Origin: Malacoraja senta | Taxonomy: Eukaryota | Assembly (NCBI GenBank): GCA_038087875.1 | Contig: CM075997.1 | Location: forward strand, 8,248,001 to 8,312,000 | Direction of reading: 5' to 3' | DNA: 64,000 nucleotides | Part shown: piece after piece, positions 51,935 to 64,000 of the stretch | Layout of the letters: each line of letters starts with the position of its first letter | Numbering within the stretch: the stretch's first letter is position 1 | Translations under genes and position numbers: made by a program | Notes under the pieces: generated by a model | Told to the model about the DNA's origin: nothing | The model's database searches: none | Seen by the model: the letters and a program-made list of their open reading frames with translations, nothing else

Positions 51935-54735
51935 TTGCGATCAGTGAAACATGGTTGCAGGAGGGCTGTGATTGGAAACTAAATATTCCAGGATTTCGTT
52001 GCTTCAGGGGTGATAGAATTGGAGGGGCAAGAGGTGGGGGTGTTGCATTGCTTGTCAAGGAAGATGTTACAGCAGTTCTTTGGCAGGATAGATTAGAGGG
52101 CTCGTCTAGGGAGGCTATTTGGGTGGAGCTGAGAAATGGGAAAGGTGTAGCAACACTTATAGGGGTGTATTATAGACCGCCAAATGGGGAGCGAGAATTG
52201 GAAGAGCAAATATTTAAGGAGATAGCAGATATTAGTAGTAAGCACAAGGTTGTGATTGTGGGAGATTTCAATTTTCCACACATAGACTGGGAAACACATT
52301 CTGTAAAAGGGCTGGATGGTTTGGAGTTTGTAAAATGTGTGCAGGATAGTTTTTTGCATCAGAGGTACCTACTAGAGAAGGGGCAGTGCTGGACCTCCTG
52401 TTAGGAAATGAGACAGGGCAGGTGGCGGAGGTATGCGTTGGGGAACACTTCGTGGCCAGTGATCACAATACCATTAGTTTCAATATAATTATGGAGAGGG
52501 TCAGAACTGGACCTAGGGTTGAGATTTTTGACTGGAGAAAGGCTAACTTTGAGGAGATGCGAAAGGATTTAAAAGGAGTGAATTGGGACATGTTGTTTGA
52601 TGGGAAGGATGTAGAAGAGAAGTGGAGGACATTTAAAGGTGACATTTTAAGAGTACAGAATCTTCATTTCCCTGTTCGGTTGAAAGGAAATAGTAAAAAT
52701 TGGAAAGAGCCATGGTTTTCACGGGGAATTGGACACGGTTCGGAAAAAGAGAGAGAACTACAATAATTATAGACAGCATGGAGTAAATGAGGTGCTCGAG
52801 GAGTATAAAGAATGTAAAAAGAATATTAAGAAAGAAATTGGAAAAGCTAAAAGAAGATATGAGGTTGCTTTGGCAAGTAAGGTGAAAGTAAATCCAAAGG
52901 GATTCTACAGCTATAATAATAGCAAAAGGATAACAATGAATAAAATTGGCCCATTAGTGAGTCAGAGTGGACAGCTATCTGCAGAGCCAAAGGAGATGAG
53001 GGAGATATTGAACACTTTCTTTTCTTCGGTATTCACCAAGGAGAAGGATATGGAATTATGTGAGGTAAGGAAAACACGCAGTGTAGCAATGGAAACTATG
53101 AGATTCAAAGAAGAGGAGGTGCGGACACTTTTGAAAAATATGAAAACGGATAAGTCTCCAGGTCCTGACAGGATATTCCCTAGGACATTGAGGGAAGTTA
53201 GTGTAGAAATAGCAGCGGCTATGACAGAAATATTTCAAATGTCATTAGAAACGGGAATAGTGCCGGAGGATTGGCGTACTGCGCATGTTGTTCCGTTGTT
53301 TAAAAAGGGTTCTAAGAGTAAACCTAGCAATTATAGACCTGTTAGTTTGACGTCAGTGGTGGGCAAATTAATGGAAAGGATACTTAGAGATAATATATAT
53401 AACCATCTGGACAAGCAGGGTCTGATTAGGAACAGTCAACATGGATTTGTGCCTGGAAGGTCATGTTTGACTAAACCGCTTGAATTTTTCGAAGAGGTTA
53501 CAAGGGAAATTGATGAGGGTAAAGCAGTGGATGTTGTCTATATGGACTTCAGTAAGGCCTTTGACAAGGTTCCTCATGGAAGGTTGGTTAAGAAGATTCA
53601 ATTGTTGGGTATTAGTGGTGGAGTAGCAAGATGGATTCAACAGTGGCTGAATGGGAGATGCCAGAGAGTAATGGTGGATGGCTGTTTGTCATGTTGGATG
53701 CCGGTGACTAGTGGGGTGCCTCAGGGGTCTGTGTTGGGTCCACTGTTGTTTGTCATGTACATCAATGATCTGGATGATGGTGTGGAAAATTGGATTAGTA
53801 AGTATGCAGATGATACTAAGATAGGTGGTGTTGTGGATAATGAAGTAGATTTTCAAAGTCTACAGAGAAATTTAGGCCATTTGGAAGATTGGGCTGAAAT
53901 ATGGCAGATGGAGTTTAATGCTGATAAATGTGAGGTGCTACATCTCGGCAGGACAAATCAAAATAGGACGTACATGGTAAATGGTAGCGAATTGAGGAAT
54001 GCAGTTGAACAGAGGGATCTAGGAATAACTGTGCATAGTTCCCTGAAGGTGGAATCTCATGTAGATAGGGTGGTAAAGAAAGCTTTTGGTGTGCTGGCCT
54101 TTATAAATCAGAGCATTGAATATAGAAGTTGGGATGAAATGTTAAAATTGTACAAGGCATTGGTTAGACCAATTCTGGAGTATGGAGTACAATTTTAGTC
54201 GCCCAATTATTGGAAGTATGTCAACAACATAAAGAGAGTACAGACGAGATTTACTAGAATGTTGCCTGGGTTTCAGCAACTAAGTTACAGAGAAAGGTTA
54301 AACAAGTTAGGTCTGTATACTTTGTAGCGCAGAAGGTTAAGAGGGGACTTGATAGAGGTCTTTAAAATTATGAGCGGGTTAGACAGAGTTGACGTGGATA
54401 AGCTTTTCCCATTGAGAGTAGGGAATATTCAAACAAGGGGACATGACTTGAGAATTAAGGGACAGAAGTTTAGGGGTAACATTAGGGGGAACTTCTTTAC
54501 TCAGAGATGGTAGCTGTGTGGAATGAGCTTCCAGTGGAAGTGGTGGAGGCAGGTTCGATTTTATCCTTTAAATATAGATTGGATGGGTATATGGACGGGA
54601 AAGGAATGGGGGTTATGGTCTGAGTGCAGGTAGATGGGACTAGGGGGAAGTTAAAAAAATGTTCGGCACGGACTTGAAGGGCCGAGATGGCCTGTTTCCG
54701 TGCTGTAATGGTTATATGGTTATATGGTTATATAT
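51935..54735 (+). mobile_element. Relatively young CR1 LINE, near-complete ORF2 with (TATGGTTA)n tail
   Basis: ORFs 51913-52404 (ISETWL, YYRPPN, VGDFN), 52386-52766, and 52729-54198 (489 aa, GVPQGSVLGP, KYADDTK). Confidence 0.94.
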
Positions 54736-55160
54736 GGGACGTGGTTCAGAAAAGGCTGTGGAGGCAGGTATAGTTACTATATCTAAACCAAATATCGACT
54801 GGTGCATTGATATAAACACGTTAGATGGACATGTGCCAAACGTACACAAATTGAACTATCTCAGAAACCCACCATGATTTTAGTGGCCGAGTTGGCCCGA
54901 CAACTATTTTCGTGCTGCGTATTCCATAACTCCATGTCAATTTTCCCTCTTTTTTCTCATTTAACATCTAAACAAAACATGATTTTTGAACATTACTCTT
55001 ATGGGTGTATTCGAACCGTTCATTCGAACCGTTGTTGACAACGTTTTAAGGCCACTAACCCTTATTTTGTGACATCGCTGTCACGCAAAAAGCACGTATA
55101 TCCATTAATATTGAGTTCCGTTTCAACAATAATTGTTTATTTTGATAAATTCATCCACAG

Positions 55161-55454
55161 ATCCGCTAGCACCCCCCATCTTATCATTGGATCCACTGAT
55201 GGTTGTGTATTTGGAAGGAGAGGGAGTCACTCTAACTTGCAACTCAATGACACAAGATATCGGCGAGGCCTACTATTTCTACAGAAACGGCCGAATGCTT
55301 GGTTCTAGCCAAATAGTCAGGAGACGCAACATCGGAACATTCACCGTGATGGGCCAAATGGACGGAGGGAGATACCAGTGCCGATATGGAATTTCTGTGA
55401 AGAAGAGATGGTTGTGGTCCCAGCTCAGTGAAGCTACGCAAGTAAATATAGCAG
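55161..55454 (+). CDS. Ig-domain exon B (C2-type)
   Basis: ccacag acceptor, G|gtaaac donor, 294 nt, phase 1-1. GEGVTLTC...YYFYRNG...DGGRYQCRY...WSQLSEATQVNIA. Confidence 0.9.
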
Positions 55455-55511
55455 GTAAACTATGAACCACAGAACTGGCTACCTGGAAGCGTTTGAATCA
55501 CACAGCATGTA

Positions 55512-55792
55512 TGTTTAAGTTAATTTAGAGATACAGCGCGGATACAAGCCATTCGGTAACCGATTCCGCACTGAGCAGCAATCTTCGCACATAAGCATGT
55601 ACACACCAGGGACAAGTTACACGTATACCAAATATACAAACCTAAGCTAATTAACCCATACGTATGTGGAGTGTGGAAGGAATCCGAATACCTCAGAGAA
55701 AACTCACGTGGTCACGGGAAAAATGTCCGTAGAGACAGCAGCCGGAGAGATAGAACCCGGCAGCAACTCTACCTCTGCGAAACCGTGCCACC
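55512..55792 (-). mobile_element. tRNA-derived V-SINE (HE1-like), degraded
   Basis: Minus strand begins GTGGCACGGT..GCAGAGGTAGAGTTGCTGCC, then GGGTTCTATC (B-box-like), a V-domain-like core and a CR1-like tail. Recognised from memory of the family. Confidence 0.7.
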
Positions 55793-56014
55793 ACTTACCC
55801 AATATCCAAGCCATCTTTAGATCAGGAAAAAGAGTCTTGAATCAGCAACATTAAACCAGTGGCAGGGGATCATGCAGGAATTCCATCCAAAAATGAAACC
55901 ATTCAAGCAGAAACAATTCCATTTTTGCGCCATCGTTGCATCTATTCTTACATGTTAAAGATACGCAATGGATGCAGGCCTTTTGGTCTATCGAGATCAA
56001 GTCGGTCATGCTAA

Positions 56015-57475
56015 CGTCGTTAGCTAAAGTAACCCCACTTTTTAAGAAGGGAGGGAGAGACAATACAGGAAATTATAGACCAGTTAGCTTGACATCGGTT
56101 GTCGGAACAATGCTTGAGTCGAATAATAAAGATGTGATTGTAGCGTATATGGAAAGCAGTGACAGGATCGGTCAAAGTCAGCATGGTTTTATAAAGGGGA
56201 AGTCACTAACCTTCTGGAATTTTATGAGGATGCAATCGGCAGAACGTATAAGGGAGAGCCAGTGGATGTGATATATATGACTTTCAAAAGGTCTTCGACA
56301 AGATCCCACACAAGAGTTTAGGGTGCAAAATTAGAGCATATGGTATTGGGGGTAAGGTATGCAGAGAGACATGTTGGCAGACAGGCAGACAGGGAGCAAG
56401 GAGTAGTAATTAACGGGTCCTTTTCATAATGACAGCCAGTGGCTCGTGGGGTGCAGCAAGGCTCAATGCTGGGACCACAGTTTTTTAACATATATATTAA
56501 CGATTTCGACGAAGGAATAAAATGTGACATTTCCAAATTTGCGGATGACACAAAGCTGGGTGGCAGTGTGAGTTGCGAGGAGGATGCCATGAGACTGCGG
56601 GCTGACTTGGATAGGTTGGGTGAGTGGGCACAGATGACAGAATGGATGACAGGTGCAGTATAATGTGGATAAATGTGAGGTTATCCACTTTAGTGGCAGG
56701 AACAATGAGGCAGATTATTACCTGAATTGTGTCAGATTGGGAAAGGGGGAGATGCAACTAGACATGTGTGTCCTTATACATCAGTCACTGAAAGTAAGCA
56801 TGCAGGTACAGCAGGCAGTGAATAAAGAAAATTACATGTTGGCCTTCATAGCGAGAGGATTTGAGTACAGGGGCAAGGAGGTCCTACTGCAGCTGTACAA
56901 GGCCTTGGTGAGACCATACCTGGAGGGTTGTGTGCAGTTTTGGTCTCCTAATTTGAGGAAGGACATTCTTGCTATTGACGGAGTGCAGCGTAGGTTCACC
57001 AGGTTAATTCCCGGGATGGTGGGACTGTCATATGATGAACGATTTGATCGTCGGCGATAATATTCACTGGAAGATAGAAGGATGCGAGGGGATCTTACAG
57101 AATCAAATAACATTCACAAGGGACTGGACAGGCTAGATGCAGGAAAAATGGCCCCGATGTGGGCGGAGTCCTGAACCAGCGGGTCGCCATTTAAAAATAA
57201 GGGCTAGGCCATTTAGGACTGAGATGGGGAAAAACGTTTTCACCCAGAGAGCTGTGAATCTGTGGAATTCTCTGCCACAGATGGCAGTGGAGGCCAATTC
57301 ACTGGATGTTTTCAAGGGAGAGTTAAATATAGTTCTTAGGGCTAACAGTCGAGATATGGGGAGAAAGGAGGAACCGGGTACTGATTTTTGGACGATCCGC
57401 CATGTTCAGATTGAATGGGGGTGCTGTCTAGAAGGGCCGAATGGCCTAATGCATAAATTTACTTTTTTTCTATGT
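56015..57475 (+). mobile_element. Degraded CR1 (RT plus 3'UTR)
   Basis: [44 protein letters not shown]. Confidence 0.88.
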
Positions 57476-57745
57476 TTGTCTGCGATCACCCGTTCACGGT
57501 AGTTCATACGCTACACATTTTTTCATACACTTCGTACACATGAGGGGCATTTTGTACAGAAGCCAATAAACCAACAAAACACAGACTTCGTGCGATGTGG
57601 GAGGGAACTGGAGCACGCGGACGAAACCTCATGAGGTCACAGGGAAAACATACAATGCCCATGCAGACACCATCCGAAGTCTCGATCGAACCCGCATCTC
57701 GGGCCAGGTGAGGCTGCAGCTCTTCAAACTGCGTCACATTGGCAA
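57476..57745 (-). mobile_element. Second degraded HE1-like V-SINE
   Basis: Similar to 55512-55792 (ATGTGGGAGG..AC, GGTCACAGGGAAAAC, GATCGAACCCG). Confidence 0.6.
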
Positions 57746-58079
57746 GCACGTATGTCAGCAGAGAAGAGTGATTATTGCTCAGCAGTCTATATTACTATCC
57801 GTGCTAACATAAACTATGTTGCAACCCTCAGCGGGGAAGAAGGGCTGTGACCATTAAGGCGGTACTTTTGTTGCTCATGCTCAACAGATTCGATTATAAT
57901 TTTCAGCTCAGGGAGTTGTTAAACGTTTGGACATTATGCATTGCTCGTTGCCATTTCATTTGAAGTAGAGAAGGTCTGTAGACAAACCTGTCCGTTTCCT
58001 TACCTGGATGGCAGGATAGAATGTGCTTCATGGGTTTTGCAGTATATAAAACTCACGCTATTTCGTTTCCTTTTTGCAG

Positions 58080-58385
58080 CGTATCCCCATAAACCATTAG
58101 TATCCGCCAACCGGCCGGACCAAGTGTTCGTGATAGGAGAATCGGCAATGCTGACCTGTCGTTCATCACCTTCGTACTTAGGCAGCAGTTTCTACTTGTA
58201 CCGAAGACGTCAAACTGCTCCCGTTCTAACAGCCATCGCTAACACGTCTGAGTCTCGCGTCACCTTCGATGTTGCAAGCACATTGCAGACTGGGACCGAA
58301 GATTTCTCCTGTGTTTATAAAAGCACAATAATGGATCGAGAAATAATCTCCGACAGAAGTTCTTATGTGAAGGTAACGGTTGTGG
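58080..58385 (+). CDS. Ig-domain exon C (C2-type, divergent subtype)
   Basis: Strong tttcctttttgcag acceptor, G|gtaagc donor, 306 nt, phase 1-1. PHKP...GESAMLTC...FYLYR...FSCVY...SDRSSYVKVTVV; one NTS sequon. Confidence 0.9.
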
Positions 58386-58539
58386 GTAAGCCTCAGCTTC
58401 TCTTCGTCAAAGTGGATATTACCAGATACTCATCGATGTTAGGATTTGCGTGGGATAACAATGCGGCGTAAACGTTTTTCTACATCTACACCAAATCGTA
58501 ATCTGGTGACGTTTGTTTTCAGAAGTTTTCATCATGTCA

Positions 58540-59122
58540 TAAGATCATTAGATAAGCAGAATTAGGCCATTTGGCCAATCATGGCTGATCGATCTCTACC
58601 TCCTTACCCTATCCTCATACATTCTCCTCATAACCTTTGACACTTGTATTAATCAAGGATCTATCTACCTCTGCCTTAAACATATCCACTGACTTGGCCT
58701 CCACTGCCCCACAACGATTCACAATTAAATTACTCCTCGTCTCCTTCCTGAAATAAGTGGTTTAACTCTGAGGCTATGACCTCTAGTCTTCGAATGTCCT
58801 CCAAGTGTAAGCACGCTCTGCAGATCGACTATATCTAAGCCTTTCACTATTCTGTAGGTTTCAATAATGTCCCCTCTCATTCTTCTAAAACTCAGCGAGT
58901 ACAGGCCCCGTGCTGTCAAATGCTCATCATATCTTAACCTACTCATTCCTGGCATGGTTCATGTACCGTCCTCTGGGCCTTCCCCTGAGCAAGCACAGCA
59001 TTCCTCAGATATGGTGCCCAAAATTGCTCATAACATTCCAAATGCGGCCTGACCAGCACCTTATGAAGCCTCAGCATTACATCCCTGTTTTTGTAAACAA
59101 GCCCTTTCGAAATAAATGCTAT
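58540..59122 (-). mobile_element. CR1 3' portion, degraded
   Basis: LVRPHLECYEQFWAPYL, RRMRGDIIETY. Confidence 0.8.
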
Positions 59123-59670
59123 CATTTTTTAGCCCTGGCAAGCAAGGAAGCAGAAATACTACAGCGAATGCCCCATAATGAATGCCGATTCCTGACGCGT
59201 GTGTCACCTTGTGGTGATAGGTCGGCGATCAATAATGGTTGCGTTACTAGATCCCCAACAAGTTTATTTCATTCACATCCATCACCGCACGATATCATAA
59301 CGGCTGAGACCATTTACTGCTGCACAACACAGGGTTTTATTTCCTTTACTTAGGTGAGATGGGGCACATGCAATAGGAAACCGAGGAATAGTTTATCCAT
59401 ACACAGTACGGCGGGTAGGTCGAACGAGCTGCCAGATTAAGTATTTGAGGCAAACAAAAGTTTACAATTAAAACACATGTTTACCGGTATGGTGATGGGA
59501 ATGATTTAGAGGATATGTATCAACGCTGGCGAATGTGACCAGTTTAAAAAGGTATGTTGTTCGAGAAAGATACTTTGCCGAAGGGCGTGTTTCCGTGCTT
59601 TATGCTTGTACAAAGCCATGTAATTATGAAATTCATTGATCTGTTTTTCCTTCCGTTCACGTCACATAAG

Positions 59671-59961
59671 AACCATTACCAACGCCGAGAGTCTCATTCG
59701 ATGAAATGACTGGGGTGTATTTACTGGGAGAGACGGCCACCGTGACCTGCAATATGAACGGAAAACACCGTGGTCCAGTCTACTTCTACAGGAATGGCGA
59801 ATTATTGACATCTCGTCACCTCTATCCGAAGGAACACATCTTAAGATTCCGTGTCACCAGCAGAAATCAAGGAGGGCGGTACCAGTGTCAGTTTGGAGCT
59901 CTGATCCGAACGAGGAATTTGCTAACGCAGATCAGCGAGGCTATGACGCTAACTGTACCCG
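59671..59961 (+). CDS. Ig-domain exon D (C2-type)
   Basis: Pyrimidine tract plus AG acceptor, G|gtaagc donor, 291 nt, phase 1-1. PLPTPRVS...GETATVTC...VYFYRNGE...QGGRYQC...ISEAMTLTVP. Confidence 0.88.
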
Positions 59962-61214
59962 GTAAGCAGAAAACACAGTAACAGTCTCGGCAACCGTCTA
60001 GAGTTTTTGATGGAATCAAACTAGATATATTGTCGTTATTTTCCTCGACTGTGTGTCTTTACTTTTTAAAATGGCAAGCCGCACTTTAAAAATGTCGATC
60101 TTCCACATATTATGTTCAGATATTATAATGGGTTATAATTAGGACATTCGATGTTTTCACTCTCTTGCGAACGCAACGGACATTTCGCATCATTCAAGAA
60201 ACATGGGGGCCAAGAACAGGAAATTATCTTCGCATATCATACGACATAGGGAATCCCATTGTGCCATTGAGTCTCTATAAATCCCTAGCCATATTATCCA
60301 GACATATTCTAATACACGTTTTTATAGTCTGTATCTCTAACGTAACAAATACACACTCGCTCGGATATACGCGTTTATCTACCGCAACTGCCCCCCCCAC
60401 TTCCGTACGCTAGGTGCAATTTATCTCTCTGCACGCATTTGGAACGTCCCTTGAAAGTATGGTCAAGGTTTTCATTGCACTTGTCTGCATCAGTCGGGGA
60501 ATTAAGTGTAGATGTTGGGATGTTATATGACAGACATATCCCGAGATGCGCCGCGCGGTGGCAAAAGGCTCAAGAGATGCGGGATCGGTTCACCAATAAC
60601 GTAGGGGGACACGCACCGCCGAAAGGGAGGTGCGCTTCAGAAAGGAATCCGACGCAGGGAAACCGGGAACATAGGGGGACTGAACGGGGACCGTCGCGAA
60701 CGAAGGGATAGCCGGCGGGGGGCAGCCGAGATCGAAGTGGTTTCCGTGAGCGTGACCGTTTGCGGCCACATGCTGCGGCAGACCTGAGTCTCAGCAGCGA
60801 GAAGATAAGACTGTTTACATATATGCATATAAAATAGGTGCAGCAGTAGGCCATGCGGTCCTTCGAGCCAGTACCGCCATTAAATGTGATCATGGGTGAT
60901 CATCTACAATCAATACCCCGTCCCTGCCTTCTCCCCAAATTCCCTTGATTCCGCAAGCCCTAAGAGCTCTATCTAACTTTCTTTTGAATGCATCCACTTC
61001 CTCCTGAGGCAGATAATTTCACCAGTTCGCAACTGACTGGGTTGATTAACTTTTTTTAATGTGTGGGTGCCAGAAGCGTATCGTTATGTGCTGCGTAGGT
61101 GAGAACTGCGTTATGATTGTATCAGCGTATATGCAAAAACAAATAATTGCACTGTGTGTAAGTGAATGTGACAATAAATTATCAATGAATCATCATATCA
61201 ACTAATTGAATCAC

Positions 61215-62626
61215 ATATTCATATAACCATATAATCATATAACCATATAACAATTACAGCACTGAAACAGGCCATCTCGGCCCTTCTAGTCCGAGCCGAA
61301 CACTTAATCTCCCCTCGTCCCATCTATCTGCACTCAGACCATAACACTCCATTCCTTTCCCGTCCATATACCTAACCAATTTATTTTTAAATGATAAAAT
61401 CAAACCTGCCTCCACCACTTCCACTGGAAGCTCATTCCAGACAGCTACCACTCTCTGAGTAAACAAGTTCCCCCTCATGTTACCCCTAAACTTATGTCCC
61501 TTAATTCTCAAATCATGTCCTCTTGTTTGAATCTTCCCTACTCTCAATGGAAAAAAGCGTATCCACGTCAACTCTGTCTATCCCTCTCATCATTTTAAAG
61601 ATTCTATCAAGTCCCCCCTTAACCTTCTGCGCTCCAAAGAATAAAGCCCTAACTTGTTCAACCTTTCTCTGTAACTTAGTTGTTGAAACACAGGCAAAAT
61701 TCTAGTAAATCTCCTCTGTACTCTCTCTATTTATTGACATCTTTCCCATAATTTGGCGACGAAAATTGTACACCATACTCCAGAATTGGCCTCACCAATA
61801 CCTTGTACAATTTTAACATTACATCCCAACTTCTATACTCAATGCTTTGATTTATAAAGGCCAGCACACCAAAAGCTTTATTTACCACCCTATCGACATG
61901 AGATTCCACCTTCTGGGAACTATGCACAGTTATTCCTAGATCCCTCTGTTTCAACTGAATTCCTGAATTCTCTACCATTTACCATGTACGTCTATTTTGA
62001 TTTGTCCTGCCAAGATGTAGCACCTCACACTTATCAGCATTACACTCCATCTGCTATCTTTCAGCCCACTCTTCCAAATGGCCTAAATCTCTCTGTAGAC
62101 TTTGAAAATCTACTTCATTATCCACAACTCCACCTATCTTAGTATCATCTGCATACTTACTAATCCAATTTACAGCACCATCATCCAGATCATTGATGTA
62201 TATGACAAACAACAGTGGACCCAACACAGATCCCTGAGGCACCCCACTAGTCACCGGCCTCCAACCTGACAAACAGCCATCCACCATTACTCTCTGGCAT
62301 CTCCCATTCAGCCACTGTTGAATCCATCTTGCTATTCCACCATTAATACCCAACAATTGAACCTTCTTAACCAACCTTCCATGTGGAACCTTGTCAAAGG
62401 CCGTACTGAAGTCCATATAGACAACATCCACCGCTTTACCCTCATCAATATCCCTAGTAACCTCTTCATAAAATTCAAGAAGATTAGTCAAACGTGACCT
62501 TCCAGTCACAAATCCATGTTGACTGTAGCTAATCAACCCTGTTTATCCAGATGCTTATATATATTATCTTTAAGTATCCTTTCTATTAATGTCCCCACCA
62601 CTGACGTCAAACTAATAGGTCTATAA
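61215..62626 (-). mobile_element. CR1 (TATGGTTA-tail family), interrupted by DIRS copy 2
   Basis: (ATAACCAT)n tail; ORFs 61254-61571, 61727-61978, 62054-62536. Confidence 0.92.
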
Positions 62627-64000
62627 TAGTAAGATTAAACGAGAACTTACCTGTTTGAAGTTTGATCTTTATTTTCATGAGGTGTTACGATGAGGGACTA
62701 CGTCCAGCCGCACACGCGTCAATCTTCAAAGCAGCGGTGTGAAATCACAGATAAAAATTACTGAAGTATGATAGTAAGATACGTGAAGACTAGAACTGCC
62801 AGTTGACCTTCATGGGGGGTGGGAGTGGAGGGCACGTAGTCCCTCATCTAACTCCTCATAAAATAAAGATCAAACTTCAAACTGGTAAGTTCTCGTTTAA
62901 TCTTACTATTTTACTTCGGAGTCCCCTGAGTGACTGCGTGAAGATTTCAAAGCTCTGTGATTTCATGCCGTAGATTCAAATCCAGGCGTCTCACTGCATT
63001 GATTGACTAAATGAGTATAGCAATCAACAATGCTTAACCACAACATAGATGCAATCAGTTAATGGTTAATTTATGACAACAATAGTAATCCCTTTATCAC
63101 AAGGGGGAACTTAATATTCAATCCAAAACAGCACCACCAAATAACCCAGGTTCTATAATCTCCTTATGACAATCCTTGTGAAACATCCGTTCACTTGCCC
63201 ATCGTGCGGCCGCGAGGATATGTTTTATCGGAACGTCCAAATCCTTGGCCGCCGATGTTGATGCCGCCCTTGTGGAATGAGATTTAATTTGTCAGTATCA
63301 ATACCTGCATCAACCAACACCTGCTTCATCCATCTTGAACTAGTCTGATCCGTCCCTTACTTATGCGGTTTATATGGCTGATAAAGCATGCTGATTCTGC
63401 ACCTCTTAAGGTTCTGGTGGCTTCAATGTAACATCGTAAATGTGATACTACACCATAGACGTGGATCCGTAGGATATGCTAGAAACCCAACTTATATCCT
63501 GTGACTCCAGGTCTACTCTTTTTAAGCAAATCATAGACATAGAACGTAATGGCATCTGCTGCTATTTACATCATGTCTATTCGTAGTTTCTGCAATGTTT
63601 GCACTCTCTGTGCTGAAACCAGTGACTTGAGCATGACTACCTCCATGGTAATTTTGGTCATGGAAAGAGCTGCAATAGGAGTCCATTGACCAAGGCGCAT
63701 TAGCACATCTCTTACATTCCAGATTTCTGTATACCTCGGTCTATGAGGTTTAGAATTGAAAATTCCCTTCTTAAATCTACACATCAAATGGTGTGACCCT
63801 ACAGAATTTTGTTCTGATTCCCTCCATAGCTATGCAGAGAAGGCACTCTTTGCAGTATTGATCGCACTATAGCTTAACTGCAAATTAAAATAAAGAGTTG
63901 ACAGAAACTCTACGACCTGAGATGTCTGCAGTGTGATGTGTAATATTCTGCCTTATGCAAAACACCTCCCGTTTCCTTATGTAAGAAATGTACTACTTCT
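62627..64000 (-). mobile_element. DIRS1-type element copy 2: 3' terminus, ICR and tyrosine recombinase remnant; runs off the window
   Basis: Collinear with 7976-9480. Terminus TAGTAAGATTAAACGAGAAC, ICR ~62833-62945, LVSAQRVQTL. Confidence 0.92.

Noticed and set aside
52729..54198. Long RT ORF as an active or domesticated gene
   Set aside because: Upstream frameshifts, a premature stop and the missing ORF1 indicate a dead CR1 copy.
55512..55792. tRNA gene
   Set aside because: Degenerate tRNA-derived SINE head; no complete cloverleaf.

Overview
Eukaryotic (vertebrate) genomic DNA, most likely a cartilaginous fish such as a skate or ray. That assignment is inferred from HE1/V-SINE-like SINEs and abundant HER1/CR1-type LINEs, not from a database search. 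Most of the window is nested, decayed transposons: many CR1 LINEs, three L1 segments, two DIRS1-type tyrosine-recombinase retrotransposons (one complete), two related Gypsy LTR elements (one complete with a 5-bp TSD), Penelope-like fragments carrying minimal hammerhead-ribozyme motifs, and a composite non-autonomous Helitron with two satellite arrays. The only host coding sequence I can support is four intact, phase-1, single-domain C2-type Ig exons on the + strand (35474-35767, 55161-55454, 58080-58385, 59671-59961). They look like part of an LRC/FcR-like multi-Ig receptor gene; no leader, transmembrane or tail exons were securely found. No rRNA, tRNA gene or CRISPR array is present. Boundaries of old repeats are approximate.
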